DNA from: Rhizodiscina lignyota | Lineage: Eukaryota | NCBI GenBank assembly: GCA_010015805.1 | Contig: ML978129.1 | Coordinates: 1,240,001 to 1,304,000, forward strand | Direction: 5' to 3' | DNA length: 64,000 bases | Shown: in pieces, positions 15,350-28,195 of the stretch | How positions within the stretch are numbered: position 1 is the first letter of the stretch | How the letters are laid out: every line of letters begins with the position of its first letter | Position numbers and translations under genes: made by a program | Notes under the pieces: generated by a model | What the model saw: the letters and a program-made list of their open reading frames with translations, nothing else | What the model was told of the DNA's origin: nothing | Database searches by the model: none

Positions 15350-17315
15350 CTTTCACACCTCTCGTCTTATTCGAACCATGACGTTGTGGGCACTTCTACC
15401 AAAGCAAACGTACATCCGAATACGATGGGGTAGGCACCACTATCTGTTGGTCAAGCGCATGAGCAGGGATGGCTGTTGGTTTCTTCCGTTTCCGTTCGGC
15501 GGCTATCCTGTGGACGGTCGGAATTGCGTGTTGCATTTTGCATGCTGATTCTTCTTTGATGACGGCCTGAGATTTTGGCCTTTCGATCTACTTCATTTTT
15601 GCGCGTTCACAGCGAGGATACCACACACATTTGGGATACATGGATCAAAAGCTAGGAATGGGAAACGTGTCTCACACCGGAAACTTACGCAACGACCATG
15701 TAAGAGACAACGATGGAATTTTTGGTTCTTTCCTTTCATGATTTGGAATTTGTGGTCAAAGCCACAAATGTCTAGGGCAGGCACTCTGCGTTATTGCATA
15801 TGTCATTGTGTAGGATATCATTCTGCGGCATAGCTGGAGCAGATAGACGAATCTTGCGGCACCACGGCCATATCGGCAGCGGGGCAAGCATCTCCTCACC
15901 CAGATAACACCACGTTCATCTCCACAATTGCCGCATCTTGAGACCAGAGAGCCCACAGCAAATTTGCCGCCAGAGGGGTACGTAACCTCCACCGGTGGAA
16001 GCTTGCAGCCTCATGGCAAAAAGCATGGATTTGTCAAAGTGCAGTTGGTTTTTGTGCCTGTCTAATGTGTACCATGGCAGGTTGGGCCGGATGCCACAGA
16101 CCACACATCATGTTGCTGAGGGGGTGGCTTTCTCGACATTTGAAGCACTGGTCGCACCAATCGCATTGCTCCCAGCATCTACTATTTCACGCGGTCCATG
16201 GAGGGCCCGTCCGAGACATGGGTACCTAGATCTGTGCCTAGAAAATCGTTCCACTCGCGGCTATTTGTTGCCCATCACGACCCTGGCATCGCAACCCGGC
16301 CCAGGTAGAGTAGATGATATCCTGTAAGTCTGACCACTGTGCTCGCCGTTCGTCCCACCTCCTGACGTCCATGACTACCCGTCCGGCTCGCATGGACTCC
16401 CGCCCAACTAGTTGAGCAGTTCTCGGCTAGCGCAAGCCACATCTGCACTGATGGCTACATCCCCCCGAAATACGCCTTGCTCGAGCATGGCCCGTTTGAG
16501 GCCCAATTTGCGGACAGCACTCCGGTCCGCGAGACCAGGCAAGAGCACAAAAGGCGAGTCATCCTCCAGCAGAGGTCGTTGGGGGCGGATACGCCGCGGA
16601 CGCTTAGCACCCTTAGTACCTGCACCCGGGCGCTTATGAGCGTGGCTTCGCTCAGGCCGAGAGGATCGACACTCGCATAACCAATGTGAGCGATGGCGGC
16701 ATGCCGCGAGAAGCGATTGTGTGGAGTATGGCGAGCACGAGGAGACGTTGCAGCACAGATGCTCGGCCGTATTGCACCCAACTCGCACTGATCGCGCGGT
16801 GGTGGTGGTGTGGCACTCCCGGGCGTCCTGTTGAGCGGACATGGCCGTTCGCCCTTCGTCGTTCTCGGCAGAACGTCGGGCTGAGCCTTCAAATGAGGCT
16901 GCAGTGCCCTGCATGTGAGCCTTGTGCCTGGGAAATGACTCCCGACTTCAACCATCCTGACCTGCTGCGCCATTGTCTGTTCCAAGGCACTGCGCTCTGT
17001 CTGTGCTCGACAACCTGAATCAAGTGCCCGTCTCATACCTCTCCGCTCGTCTGATATCAGTGATCATGGCGTAACTCGTCTTCTAAGCTGCGAGAGTCCT
17101 GCCCCAGTTGACAGTTCGACCTGCCATCATCGCACGCATTCAGCAAGATGCAGAGCAACAAGATGTCTCAACACCGATCCCATCAATCAAGTCTAATCTC
17201 GAGGACCATCAGAAACTGCCAATTACGAACCAGACGGCGTTGTACGAGCACAGGCTAAGCCCTATCCGCAGCGCTGCATCTTACTCATTTGGGGCGCGAT
17301 TACCGCAAGGCTACC

Positions 17316-19970
17316 ATGGCTTCTATTTTCACATTCGATCCTGATCCACCACGAGTTGCGTCTCCATGGTCGACTCCTGGAACGTCGACGCCAGAGCAAG
17401 GTGGTGGCCGCGCCACGAACGACTTGCCGCGAGGAGACAGACTTGCTCGTGGCTCGCCGCTGGGCAGGATACAGAGCCCTCCGGACTTTTCACTCACGAA
17501 GCTGGACGCTGAGCCCCAGGAAGGACCGACAGAGTACAAGCTGCACCTCCTACTTCGTCCTCGAAGGTCCTTTACTTCAACGACTACTGCAAATCGTATA
17601 TCCGGTTCATCAAACCGCTCCAGCTCCTTTGGAGAAGCGCACAGGAAATCATCAGGTTTGAGACTCTCGAGTACTCCTCCCCTGGCATCTTCTAGCCAGA
17701 GCCGTCAGCATCGTCTAGAGCAGCTCACAACTCAACTTCTCTGGCGACTGCAACAGTCCTCACCATATCAAGTCTCTGCCTCCAACAATCTCATCTTACC
17801 CGCCTTTCCTCAGATTGTCGGCGGTGTCGGCGTATCCCAGCATGTTGGACGCGTACTGCCCGGCTTAGAGGAGAGCAAAGGAGCCTTGTACGAGCTTGGG
17901 GTCGCAGACGATGGAACTTTCGTCGGCCTTGCGCAAGATGAGCTTGACGAGAGCTTGCACAACCTTCGTGCTATGGCGGCCACTCTGGGCTGCAGCATCG
18001 AGTTACTGAGAAAGGTGCCTGTCGGGGAATGTGAATGGTTCGAAGACGTTGGTTCTGTTACGAAGCTCTCCAGCATGCTGCGCAAAGGCACGCTCTGGGT
18101 AGCTGAAGCCTTCGTAAAGCCGAACCTAGGAGGGGCTTCGATTAACTCAACTGGCTCAACTGTCATGCACACAGCCTCAGACGACAAAGCGCAGCTAGAG
18201 AAATCTCCCTTCAAGGATATTGATCAATCTTCCACCGAACAACTCCGCATCACTCTCACTGGAGCAACGATGTCTGGAAAATCTAGTCTGCTAGGGAGTC
18301 TATCAAATGCTACTCTTGACAATGGTCGGGGAAAGAGCCGACTTAGCTTACTCAAACATCGCCATGAGATTGCATCTGGCATGACTAGTTCGGTCACGCA
18401 GGAGCTGTTAGGTTACTGCAAGGGTGAGCCATTGGGCAGCAGTCCCTCTCCTATCAGAATTGTCAATTCCGCAAGTGCAGATGTTGCGTCTTGGTTTGAC
18501 ATCCACTCATTGTGCGAGGGAGGCCGACTTGTCTTTTTCTCAGATTCGGCAGGCCACCCTCGCTATCGTCGCACGACGGTGCGTGGCTTGGTCGGATGGG
18601 CACCTCATTGGACCTTGCTTTGTGTTCCCGCAGACAATGCAGAGGATACTTCAGGGATGAGTGGCAGTACCCCACCTCTGAAGGATTTGCTTGGATGCGG
18701 CACAGCAGACGTGGACCTCTCCGAAGCCCACCTTCGAATATGCCTTGATCTAGACTTACCACTCGTCATAGCCATAACGAAGCTCGATTTGGCATCGAAA
18801 TACGGGCTTCGCCAGCTCCTCGCCAAACTATTGACCACGCTGAAGGCTGTCGGCAGAAAACCCGTCATTGTACCTGACAGTCCAGGCCCATCCGTGGATT
18901 CCGAGTCTCTGCTGATTGACACGGATGATCTTCTTGCAGTGCAGAAAGTATTTTCTCCACCAGCAACTGGTCACCAGGTCGTGCCGATCGTCTTAACCAG
19001 CGCTGTAAGTGGGACCGGAATTGGCAAGCTACATGCGCTTCTTTCCCAATTGCCGATCCCCCTGCCGCCTTTGCGCCCGTCAGCAACGTCTGCAGCTGCT
19101 GGCATTCCATCGGGACCTCTTTTTCATGTTGAAGACATTTACGGCGATAAGTCTAACACGGGTAATGAAGAAGCGTTGATCGTTGTCAGCGGTTATCTGC
19201 GATATGGCGAAATTCGTATCGGTGATGAGATGACTATTGGCCCATATGCGTCAGGGCCGTTCCCCGAGGACATTGAGAGCAGCCCGAACCTTCGTCCAAG
19301 AGACATGTTCCCCACATCTCGGTCATTCCCGGGAGCGATGTCCAATACCACACCACTAGAGGTTCATCACTCAACAAAAGCAGAGGAGTGGAGACGTGTC
19401 AAGGTTCGCAGTTTGCGCAATCTGCGTCTTCCAGTCCATTCACTGCACGCTGACCAGGTCGGAACGATTGGCATCCAAGCCCTCTCCACTCAGATTTCCT
19501 CCCCTGCTCTAAACAGAGTGCGGAAAGGCATGGTCCTCACAAGCAGCACACCAGCATCAAGCAGATCCGTAGAAGCACAATTCACAGGTTTGGGCATCCG
19601 CACCTTGACCGTTGGGTCCATGGTAGTGGCATACTTCGCTAGTGTTCGAGCTACGGCGAAAGTTATCTACATGGCCGTTGGCGATGATCCTATTGAAGCT
19701 GACGACGCAGATGAGGATGCCTTCCAGTTTGATTTTGGCAGTGGTGACGAGGGACTGGAGGCGGAGATTCAAACGCCGATTAACCCAAATGTGACGACCA
19801 TTGTGAGGTTCAGATTCATGGCGTCTCGTGAATTCGTAGAGCCAGGCAGGCAAATCCTCATTTTGCCCGGTGGTGGGCCTGGTTTGTCTGGTGGAAATGT
19901 TAGAGGTGAGAAGGGGCTTGCTGGACTGGATGGCTTCGTTGGCAAAGTGCTACAAGGACTTAGCGAATAG
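17316..19970 (+). CDS. Translational GTPase superfamily protein (GTPBP1/GTPBP2-like)
   Basis: N-terminal EYKLHL..QLLWRL..GALYELGVADDG; G1 GATMSGKSS, G2 HEIASGMTS, G3 DSAGH, G4 TKLD, G5 SAVSG; beta-barrel domains follow. Confidence 0.85.
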   Translation: MASIFTFDPDPPRVASPWSTPGTSTPEQGGGRATNDLPRGDRLARGSPLGRIQSPPDFSLTKLDAEPQEGPTEYKLHLLLRPRRSFTSTTTANRISGSSNRSSSFGEAHRKSSGLRLSSTPPLASSSQSRQHRLEQLTTQLLWRLQQSSPYQVSASNNLILPAFPQIVGGVGVSQHVGRVLPGLEESKGALYELGVADDGTFVGLAQDELDESLHNLRAMAATLGCSIELLRKVPVGECEWFEDVGSVTKLSSMLRKGTLWVAEAFVKPNLGGASINSTGSTVMHTASDDKAQLEKSPFKDIDQSSTEQLRITLTGATMSGKSSLLGSLSNATLDNGRGKSRLSLLKHRHEIASGMTSSVTQELLGYCKGEPLGSSPSPIRIVNSASADVASWFDIHSLCEGGRLVFFSDSAGHPRYRRTTVRGLVGWAPHWTLLCVPADNAEDTSGMSGSTPPLKDLLGCGTADVDLSEAHLRICLDLDLPLVIAITKLDLASKYGLRQLLAKLLTTLKAVGRKPVIVPDSPGPSVDSESLLIDTDDLLAVQKVFSPPATGHQVVPIVLTSAVSGTGIGKLHALLSQLPIPLPPLRPSATSAAAGIPSGPLFHVEDIYGDKSNTGNEEALIVVSGYLRYGEIRIGDEMTIGPYASGPFPEDIESSPNLRPRDMFPTSRSFPGAMSNTTPLEVHHSTKAEEWRRVKVRSLRNLRLPVHSLHADQVGTIGIQALSTQISSPALNRVRKGMVLTSSTPASSRSVEAQFTGLGIRTLTVGSMVVAYFASVRATAKVIYMAVGDDPIEADDADEDAFQFDFGSGDEGLEAEIQTPINPNVTTIVRFRFMASREFVEPGRQILILPGGGPGLSGGNVRGEKGLAGLDGFVGKVLQGLSE

Positions 19971-20985
19971 AACTGTACGTCATTAGGACATTAAAATCAG
20001 AACGTCGTTCAATCATGAGTTTCCGAAGGTGCATGTCGATACTCGCAAGAGACTTCGGCACTTGGCGCTCCCGATTTTGGGGATTTTGGGAGCACCAGCC
20101 ACGTATCCGTGCGTACCGAGAGTTCCCGGCATGTGCCGTCTCCCACATCATCATCGCGGTTAGCAAATTTGGCTGCAAGCGAGCGCTTACCAAGAGATGA
20201 GGTTGAAATAAAGTTGAGACGAGTGTCACGGATGTGGAAAGCACGTCCCGCGACCGATATCTCATCTATCGTGTCCATCTCCGCTTCCCGCCTTCCTGAT
20301 CAGTCAAGGAGCTAGAAGTTCCAGAAGAGCACCAGCTCCGGAATCCCACCGTGCAAGGCGCACCCACTTTTCCGCTTCAAGGACGAGCATCCGTCGCGAC
20401 GACCAGTGAAACGGTAGAGGGTGAGACAGCTTCAGGAAAGCGCGGGGGCCACGAACGCGGAGCCATCAGGGGAGAGAGGTTGACGGCAATTGGTCTCTCC
20501 TGTGAGGTGAACAGGACCGAATTCCTAGCTTCAGCCGAAAGTCTCTTTCAAGAACGAACAACTCCCGAGAGCTTGCCGAGGGAAACGCGTTTCATACACA
20601 CCAGTCACGCTCCGTGGGACGTCGCGTGGCTCTGATCTCATTTCATCTCACTGTCGAGCATTTGCCAGGACAGGGCTCACGGCAGGCTCGTGTTGTGCTT
20701 TGGCCTTTCAGCAGATCATACCAGATACGTTCCCAGATTAAGCAAGACAATAACTGTACGAGCTACATTCCATCTGACACAGTCATCCACGGGATCATTG
20801 TGGAGAATTGAATATTCTGACATATCTCAGCTCAAGAGTCGCCTCTAATTTCTCACACGAGGATTTGACGTTACGGAGACATTTCGACTTTCTCATTCCA
20901 ATTGACTCATCCGAGTACTGGGACCTCACTCAATTGACACCCTCGTCAGTACATGGTGATATTCGCCACTACGGAAACACCACCA

Positions 20986-22216
20986 ATGGATACTCCCTCG
21001 AGTAAAAAGCGGAAAGCCAACGAAAATGCCGTGGAACTTGGAGAGAGCACACCCAAGGTTAGTCGCGCCAAGTCGGGATTTCCGAAATGCCGAAGATTCC
21101 GAGCGCTATTGGCTGCTAAACCAATATACAATCTAACGGTTTATAGGCGAAGAAACAATGGAAAGCTTCAAGGCAGGACTTTAAAAGCAAGGACTCTTCC
21201 AGCCGCGAGATCGAGCCTGGTGTGTCGGGCATATGGGCGACTTGTGCGATGGGCAAAGAGGCCCCAACTGTGAGCGACTTGAGGGACCTTTTTGATGAAG
21301 TAAATATGCTCCACGAACTCCTTGATAATTTTGGGACGTGTCTAACTCGACTAAGTATGCCAAGAAATTATATCCGGCGAATGGATCTTCTACTGAAGAA
21401 CCCGCTCATTCGGAAAAGCCAAATGAATCAACTGAAACGGACATCGAGGCTGAAATACAAAACGAGTTGAGCGAGATGCGCTCAGCGAGGAAAGAGAACC
21501 TTTTCACATCTATCAAGCTGGACACACAATGCCGTGAGCAGTCTCAATTTGGCCAGAAATGCAGTAGTCATGCTGATGCAATTCTCAGTCACTTTCTTTC
21601 GAACGCGTCCACCAGTGGAACCCGTCTCATTTGTGCAAGCCATCTGCAGGGACGCTGCAAGCAGCACTCAGCGCAAACGCAGCAGATTTGTCAAGCGACT
21701 GACGCCTATCACACTGACTGGCAAAGCTACAGAGGACGGATTGGGCGAGGTAGCGAAACAAGTACTCGCACCACATTTCCACGGCCCCAATGCTACTGCA
21801 AAGAAGGTAAGTCGGGCCCGATGGATACGCAGAATATGACAGCATCCCCGATGAGGACATTGAATGCTGACATGGTCACAAGTTCGCGATCAGGCCGAAC
21901 CTTAGGAATCACAAAGTGCTGAAAAGGGACGCAGTGATCAAGCAAGTCGCTGCAGCAGTTGGGCCGTTGCATAGCGTGGATCTGCACGACTACGATCTCC
22001 TCATACTTGTCGAGATTTACAAAGTAAGTCAGAGCGGAGTGAATCGGACCCAAGCCCCTCTGGGGAAAAGGCCAGAGCCTTTCGCTTACGGAAAGCCAGA
22101 ATATATGCGGTATGAGCGTGGTGGGAAGCGAGTTTGAGAGCCTGAAACGCTTCAATCTGGCGGAGCTGTACGGAGTCAAGCCCGACACAGCACAGGAAAA
22201 GGCGGATATTGGATGA
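20986..22216 (+). CDS. TAN1: THUMP-domain protein (tRNA acetylation adaptor Tan1/THUMPD1), multi-exon
   Basis: GIWATCAMGKE, DIEAEIQNELSEM, SRFVKRLTP, FAIRPNLRNH, VDL..YDLLILVEIYK, ICGMSVV..F..LKRFNLAELY after removal of GT-AG introns. Confidence 0.85.
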
Positions 22217-23289
22217 AATGAGGGCAGGTGTGTTTGGGAAGCGAGCTCAATATATGGGGTAGCGAATGCTGCGGATTGGGCGACGCCACCGGGAATTCGT
22301 CTAATGTTTCTAGAAGCGGTGCTGGAAGCGGCCGAGGCGGCGCACGCTCGGCTGCGAGAAGCGAAAACATGGGCCAGTGAAATGAGGGCGCGTGCAGAGA
22401 GGAGTGTGTGTTGCGATCTGAGGACGCTACCGACGGGTGAGATCTCGTGTGCACAGGACCAGTTGCTCGGGATGCTCGCTCGCGTAAGAACCGTCCCGCC
22501 GGTGCTTGGGTGCTTGGGCCGCCGCTTAAAGCGACAGGGGCACCTCCCCTTCCCAACTGCGACATTGAACGCGCACGCTGCCCGTGAGAGATGCTCGCCG
22601 TGCTCAAATCTCCGACGCTCTCCCAAGCTCTCGCATCTCGACGATGGCAGCAATGTCGCTTTGCCTAGTCGCATGCCGGCGCATCCATTTCTCGCCTACC
22701 CTCCCCGTCTGCTGCTCCCCAAGCGAAGTGGCTTGCGTCCGGCACGCCTAGTGGCCGGAGCACCCTCGACTCCAGCCAACAGACGCCTCTTCAGCCCACC
22801 ATGATTTGTATTTGCATGCATCACGTAGCGAGCGCCTCATCATCACGCCAAGTCGCTCGAGGCGTATAATAACAGGCTCGGAGAAAAGACGCGATGCTGC
22901 TGACGTCGTTCTTCTCGCCAGGCGCAGCGCCTCGCTCCATCTATATGACCACTCAGGCAAGAGACCCAGATTGTTGGCCATGAGGACGCCACCTGGGGTC
23001 CAGAGTCGGGCATACTCCCGTCTCTGCTGCATGTTGGACCTCTGCTCCATCCCACCTACACTCGCCTAGTAAGTTTCATCGTGTCGCAAATGTCCATATC
23101 GCCGGCAATGGCAATCCTCATTTGCGGATTCTGCGCGCCCTGTCGAGGCATATAGGCCTCCTTGTACGCCCATTATCCATGTATGGAGGCATCCCATGTC
23201 ACTTCCCTAATGCTCTATTTATCTTTCGTGTGTTCAAAATGCACTACCTCTCCCCCAAAGCCTCTCTCCACCCCTTCGTCAAATTCAAC

Positions 23290-24355
23290 ATGAGTTATAG
23301 GCTGCCGCCTGTGAATCAGTGTCTTTCCACACCTCTGCAACAGTCACCAGAGCTCACGGTGATACAAATCATCATTAGGCAGCTACTCCTCACCACGAAT
23401 CAGTCTGTAGAAGCAGCAGAGCGCCTTCGAGGCGACATTCATCCGACCTACCTCCTCCAACTCTCTGACGGCTCTCGCGCCATCTTGAAATGCAGCCCTT
23501 TGCTCTCGACTCGCTTGCTGAGGCGCGAGCAACGCCGCCTTGAGGATGAATCCCGGGTTTTGAACTTGATAAACCGCAACACCAATATTCCAGTGCCACG
23601 GAGAATGAAGTACGAGTCGCACGGCAGCGGCACGGCCCTTCGACCGCCCTATCTGATCCGCAGCTACGTCTCTGGAACAACGCTGTCAGAACTGCGGCCA
23701 TCGCTCTCGGAAGCCGACCAAGCACGAATCGATCAGTCGTTAGGAGTATATCTCCTCGCGCTCTCTTCTCTCACAGCACGCAACTTTGGCGCCCCCCACG
23801 CAGTCCACGCCAGCAACGGCTACAGCACCTGGCGTGAGGCATTCCTGACAATGCTCGAAGCTGTGCTGCGCGATGCGGAAGACATGCTTGTCAGCATCCC
23901 GTACGATACAGTTCGTTACTATTGCACCGCTCACGCGGACGCTCTCAATGCGGTCACCACCCCGCGACTAACGGCCCTGGACGTATGCCTGCCAGAAAAT
24001 GTCCTTATCGACCCCAATTCAAGGGAGATACAAGGTCTGCTAGGCCTTGGGGACGTAATCTGGGGCGACCCAAACATGGCCGCAGTCCTCGAGGAACCGA
24101 CTCCTGCTTTCCTAGAAGGGTATGGCAGACGTGATTCTGAGCAGGATGAGAACGAGCATGCGAGGAAGCTATTGTACCAATTCCCCGATCCCTGCCGGCT
24201 CCTAGCAAGGTCTGTACTGACAGCTTGGCAGATACACCGTATATCGGGCGATCGTCAGCGTAGTGAAGCGTCATTTTCGTCCGCGCGACAGCGAGGATGA
24301 GCTCGAGGCTCGACGAGTGCTCGGAAGAGCGCTGAACGAGCTCGCAGCTCTATAA
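23290..24355 (+). CDS. Aminoglycoside phosphotransferase / protein-kinase-like fold protein
   Basis: LKCSP..RLLRREQ..L..E, IPVPR, W.EAF..MLEAVLRDAEDM, P.L..LD....NVL, IWGDP; intron ~24174-24231 gives a terminal exon ending TAA 24355. Confidence 0.8.
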
Positions 24356-25170
24356 AAGCACTTTTTGCGTTCTGGGAGCATTATTATTGACGGCCATATG
24401 GAGACGCATATTTCCAGCCACAGACATTCTTCTCGCATCCACATCCACAGCAGGCGGTGAAAGAAGAGAAGCATTTCGATGAGACCGAGAAATTGCACGC
24501 AAACTAGGTAGCACGAAAGAGCCGGTCTCGCCTCGCGAATTGCGCGCGAAACTGACTAATCGCACTGGTTCGAGGGAAAAGACTGGGGAAGACTCCGGAT
24601 TTCGAGTTTTAGAACGATGGATTCGTTTGTCTCAGGAGGCGAGCGACATGTTTGCAGATCCCAGAGATTCGTAACGTCGCTCCGGCTTAGGCGAGCAGGG
24701 GTAAGCGAGGCGCCCCATTGCATATCACCTACCTCATGCGTCGGGGCGACTTTACAAAGGTAGACTAAATTCTCCGCCGGGAACATCAGGCGGTGAAGTA
24801 CGTACCCACCTGGACATGGAGAAAAGTTATTTAGAGTTGTCAGATCAATTTGGAAACCGGCCGCCCTTAGGGGCGATATGGCCTCACGATGTTGAAATTT
24901 TAGACTGTAGACAAGACCATTGTAGTCATAAGTAATGTTCTATTTGCGTAAGCCGATAGTCTAGCGCATTCTTCACGACTTCTAGAGTCTTACTCCCGCA
25001 GAGCCTCGCTAACCCCAGCCCTGTGATACGAGAGCATTTCAATGCGAGAGAATTTGGGATTTGGCCGAAATGCAACATCACATTCGCGTCCAAGTGTCCG
25101 CATCCCCAGCTTCGGGCGTGGTTACGCAAAGCGTACAGCTGAAGCAAAAGGGAGACTTGTTGCATGCACC

Positions 25171-27126
25171 TCATCCTGCGAAACCGCCCCTAGCCATCTT
25201 CCTGGCCCTCTGATCGCGTCGATTGTGATTCGCTCTCGAAGACTTGCTGGTCTCCTTGCGCTGCCGAGCCTGCTGGGTGTTCTTGTCGTCCGATGGTCCT
25301 GCAACGCTCCCTCTGCCACGTCCTCTCCCTCCCGGTCGGCCTCGACCTCTTCCTCGACCACCTCGGTTACCAATCGCAGTCGATGCATCGCCAGAGTCTT
25401 CAGCCCCCGAACCTACTGGACTTTCACGCCATGCTGTGGATAGCAGTTCCTGTTGCTGTCCACTCCACGTGGAATACTTGGCCTCGAGTCTCCTCATCTT
25501 CCTTGGGTCTCTGCCGTTAACGATGAGCCATCCTTCGATCGCCTCGTCCGTCAGTCCAGTCTCGCTCTTCAGTGCGAGTCTCGCTTTACTACGTCGGGTC
25601 GCGCCATCTCGTTCAAACACCTTGGAATCGAGCTTATACGCTCTGAAGAGCGCTTCCTCATTCTGATCTTGAAGATCAGCATCGAGCTGGTCTGCTTCCG
25701 GTACCGCCGAATCGACCGTGCCTCCCACGTCCTCTACGTCGTAGGTGTCGTCGCGTTCGTCATCGTCCGAATCAAAGGCCGCAAGCGCGGAGAGGATGGC
25801 AGCCTTATTTGGAGCTGCAGTACGATCGGACAAGATCGCATCTGCCGTCAAGCCTTCACCTCTCCGGCCGATATGTAACCGCGAGGTGTCGACGGTGAGC
25901 TGGTCGAGTTCATCGTCGTCAAAGACATTTCGCCTCTCGGGCGGAGGCGTTGGTGCTGGTGACAGATCTGGAGCAGGTCCATTGTCCACAACAGCTTCAG
26001 TAGGCGGTAATGTCTCTGATCTATCTGCGCCTTGCAGCTTGGTAGGGAGAGTGTCCTCCAGCAAATGGGATGTCGCTTGCTCCACGTCATCATTGTATTC
26101 GGAGAGTAGCCTTGCAATGAAGCCAGTCCCGAGATTAGGGAAGAGGTCTTGTATTTGCGAGATAAGGCTCATCCTGTGAACGTGGACATCACCGAACCCG
26201 TGCCCAAATCCGTCTGTTGCTTGTTGTTTGCCCTTTGCTTTCTTGCCCACTTTCCGTCTCGCAGGATGCGGCTTCTTGAACGTACTCAGAGAATCAGCAA
26301 GATCCTGCGCCCTCTTGTTGTCATATAGAGCTTTTGAGTGCCGGAGTTTCGATAACAAGGGCGTTGAAGAAACGAGGCTCGAAATGAGAGATGCATTGCC
26401 AGTGGCGTCTCCGTTAGCTTTTAGTGAGAACATGTGATCCAAGAAAAGGGAGATGTTGGGTTTCTCGTCCCGCAGGAGGGCGCTTAGTCCAAGAAATACA
26501 AAGATAGTGACAGACTGCTGCGACTTTTCAGATAACTTAGGATACGAGGCAATGAGTTCGTCAAGAAAGTCTGAGCCAGTCATCAGGAACTCTCCAATTT
26601 CTGGCAAAGACAAAAGAAGTGGAGCGAGCCTTGCTGCATTATCTGCAAACTGATCCTGTTCATTGCGGTCCTTTGCATTTGCGGGAGTTCTTTTGAATTC
26701 GTTCAGTGATGCTTCTACGATCGTGTTCTTCCGCCGCCATACGCTATGCAGAAGCTCTTGCAGTTTATGATTATGTGCATAAGCACGAGAAAAGTTCGAC
26801 AAGAACGACCAGTGCAATAATGCTTTTGGAGGGCTGTTCAAGGACAATGTGCGGTGCGTGAGAAGGAAACATCGTTGCCGAAGAATACTCGAACTTCTGA
26901 GCGCCTCCAGTGCAGAATCGTGGGAACTAGTGTCCGCAAGCGCAGAATAGTAGGATATCAGAAATGGCGAAAATGTATCGGCGTGATCTTGAAATGCGCT
27001 TGCTGCCACGCTGAGATTGAATTGTGCCAGAGCAAGCCATGCCTCTAAGCACAGTTTCCATTCCTCGGGAGGAAGTTCTTTCCGAACGGCTGCCGGAGGT
27101 ACCGGTGCCATATGAGGTGTTGCCAT
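25171..27126 (-). CDS. CUE3: CUE-domain protein, ASCC2/Cue3(Rqt3)-like
   Basis: CUE signature ISQIQDLFPNLGTGFIARLLSEYNDDVEQATSHLLE; DDERDDTYD motif; RGG tract; C-terminal SRANHNRRDQRARKM. Confidence 0.85.
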   Translation of the reverse strand: MATPHMAPVPPAAVRKELPPEEWKLCLEAWLALAQFNLSVAASAFQDHADTFSPFLISYYSALADTSSHDSALEALRSSSILRQRCFLLTHRTLSLNSPPKALLHWSFLSNFSRAYAHNHKLQELLHSVWRRKNTIVEASLNEFKRTPANAKDRNEQDQFADNAARLAPLLLSLPEIGEFLMTGSDFLDELIASYPKLSEKSQQSVTIFVFLGLSALLRDEKPNISLFLDHMFSLKANGDATGNASLISSLVSSTPLLSKLRHSKALYDNKRAQDLADSLSTFKKPHPARRKVGKKAKGKQQATDGFGHGFGDVHVHRMSLISQIQDLFPNLGTGFIARLLSEYNDDVEQATSHLLEDTLPTKLQGADRSETLPPTEAVVDNGPAPDLSPAPTPPPERRNVFDDDELDQLTVDTSRLHIGRRGEGLTADAILSDRTAAPNKAAILSALAAFDSDDDERDDTYDVEDVGGTVDSAVPEADQLDADLQDQNEEALFRAYKLDSKVFERDGATRRSKARLALKSETGLTDEAIEGWLIVNGRDPRKMRRLEAKYSTWSGQQQELLSTAWRESPVGSGAEDSGDASTAIGNRGGRGRGRGRPGGRGRGRGSVAGPSDDKNTQQARQRKETSKSSRANHNRRDQRARKMARGGFAG

Positions 27127-27701
27127 GATCGAATCCGCAAGAAGATGTCAAGGGAATTTTTTGAAGCACTTCTTACGGAGTCTCAAAAGGGAAGACCTCC
27201 ACGCAATCCGGCACTTGCCGTTGGATATCTTGGCACCTTTTCCATGAGAGAATTGACAAGGGCTCGGCGCTGGAGTAGCCTTATCCATGCATATTATATT
27301 ATTTAGACCCTGGGACTAGAAATTAGATAGTAAATAGACACTTCAGAGCTGGAGTATATCACTTTATATGCATTGTTGGCGAAGTCCAAAGTGGGTTCAA
27401 TTTCTGTCTTCGAATGATCACTTTTAAAGAAAGGTGGGACAAAGCTTGGCGCCGAGCCTCGCAGTATTTCGCTGTGAATGGACTAGCGCGCAACTCTCCA
27501 ATAATGCCAAGCCCACACAACATCGAAATCTGGCGCCGCGCGAACAGTTCCGAATTTCCTCTTCATACGCAGACAAACCTCCAGCGTAGACCAATCATCA
27601 CGTTACTGCATCTCGCGTCGTGGTTGGCATCAACTCATCTTTCACAACCAACTTTTACCCACGAAATCTGCTCTCAGGAGAAAGTTTGATCAACAAGCAA
27701 A

Positions 27702-28195
27702 ATGGCGTCCTACGGCAAAGGCGAGAAGGACTTCGGCGAGGGCCCAGTGAGTGCTCCCTCAACAATACTCATTTTGGTGAATGGCAGATCTGATACGGTA
27801 GCTTGGTGATCAGAAAATCCACAAGATCCGCATCACCCTCACCAGCCGCAACGTCAAGGCGCTCGAGAAGGTGTGCGACGAGCTCATCCAGCGCGCCAAG
27901 TCGAAGGACCTCCGCGTCAAGGGCCCCGTCCGCCTGCCTACGAAGAAGCTGAAGGTGACAACCCGCAAGACGCCTTGCGGTGAGGGTTCGAAGACCTGGG
28001 ACACGTACGAGATGCGCATCCACAAGCGTCTGATTGAGTGAGTGCCCGTTCGGACATGCTCGAGAGAGCCGTTGCGCATTTGGTACAGGAAACTGACCGT
28101 TTTGTTTTAGTCTCAACGCTCCTACCGAGGTGGTCAAGCAGATCATCATCAACATCGAGGCTGGTGTCGAGGTTGAGGTCACGATTGCAGCATAA
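27702..28195 (+). CDS. RPS20: 40S ribosomal protein S20 (uS10)
   Basis: [21 protein letters not shown]...[41 protein letters not shown]; introns 27747-27813 and 28038-28110. Confidence 0.98.

Noticed and set aside
15995..17036. Several 70-190 aa ORFs and a GTAAGT donor between the C2H2 and GTPase genes
   Set aside because: No consistent spliced frame or recognisable protein could be built
21793..22804. 293-aa minus ORF and 166-aa plus ORF after TAN1
   Set aside because: No recognisable domain; GC-rich UTR/promoter-like sequence, partly antisense to TAN1
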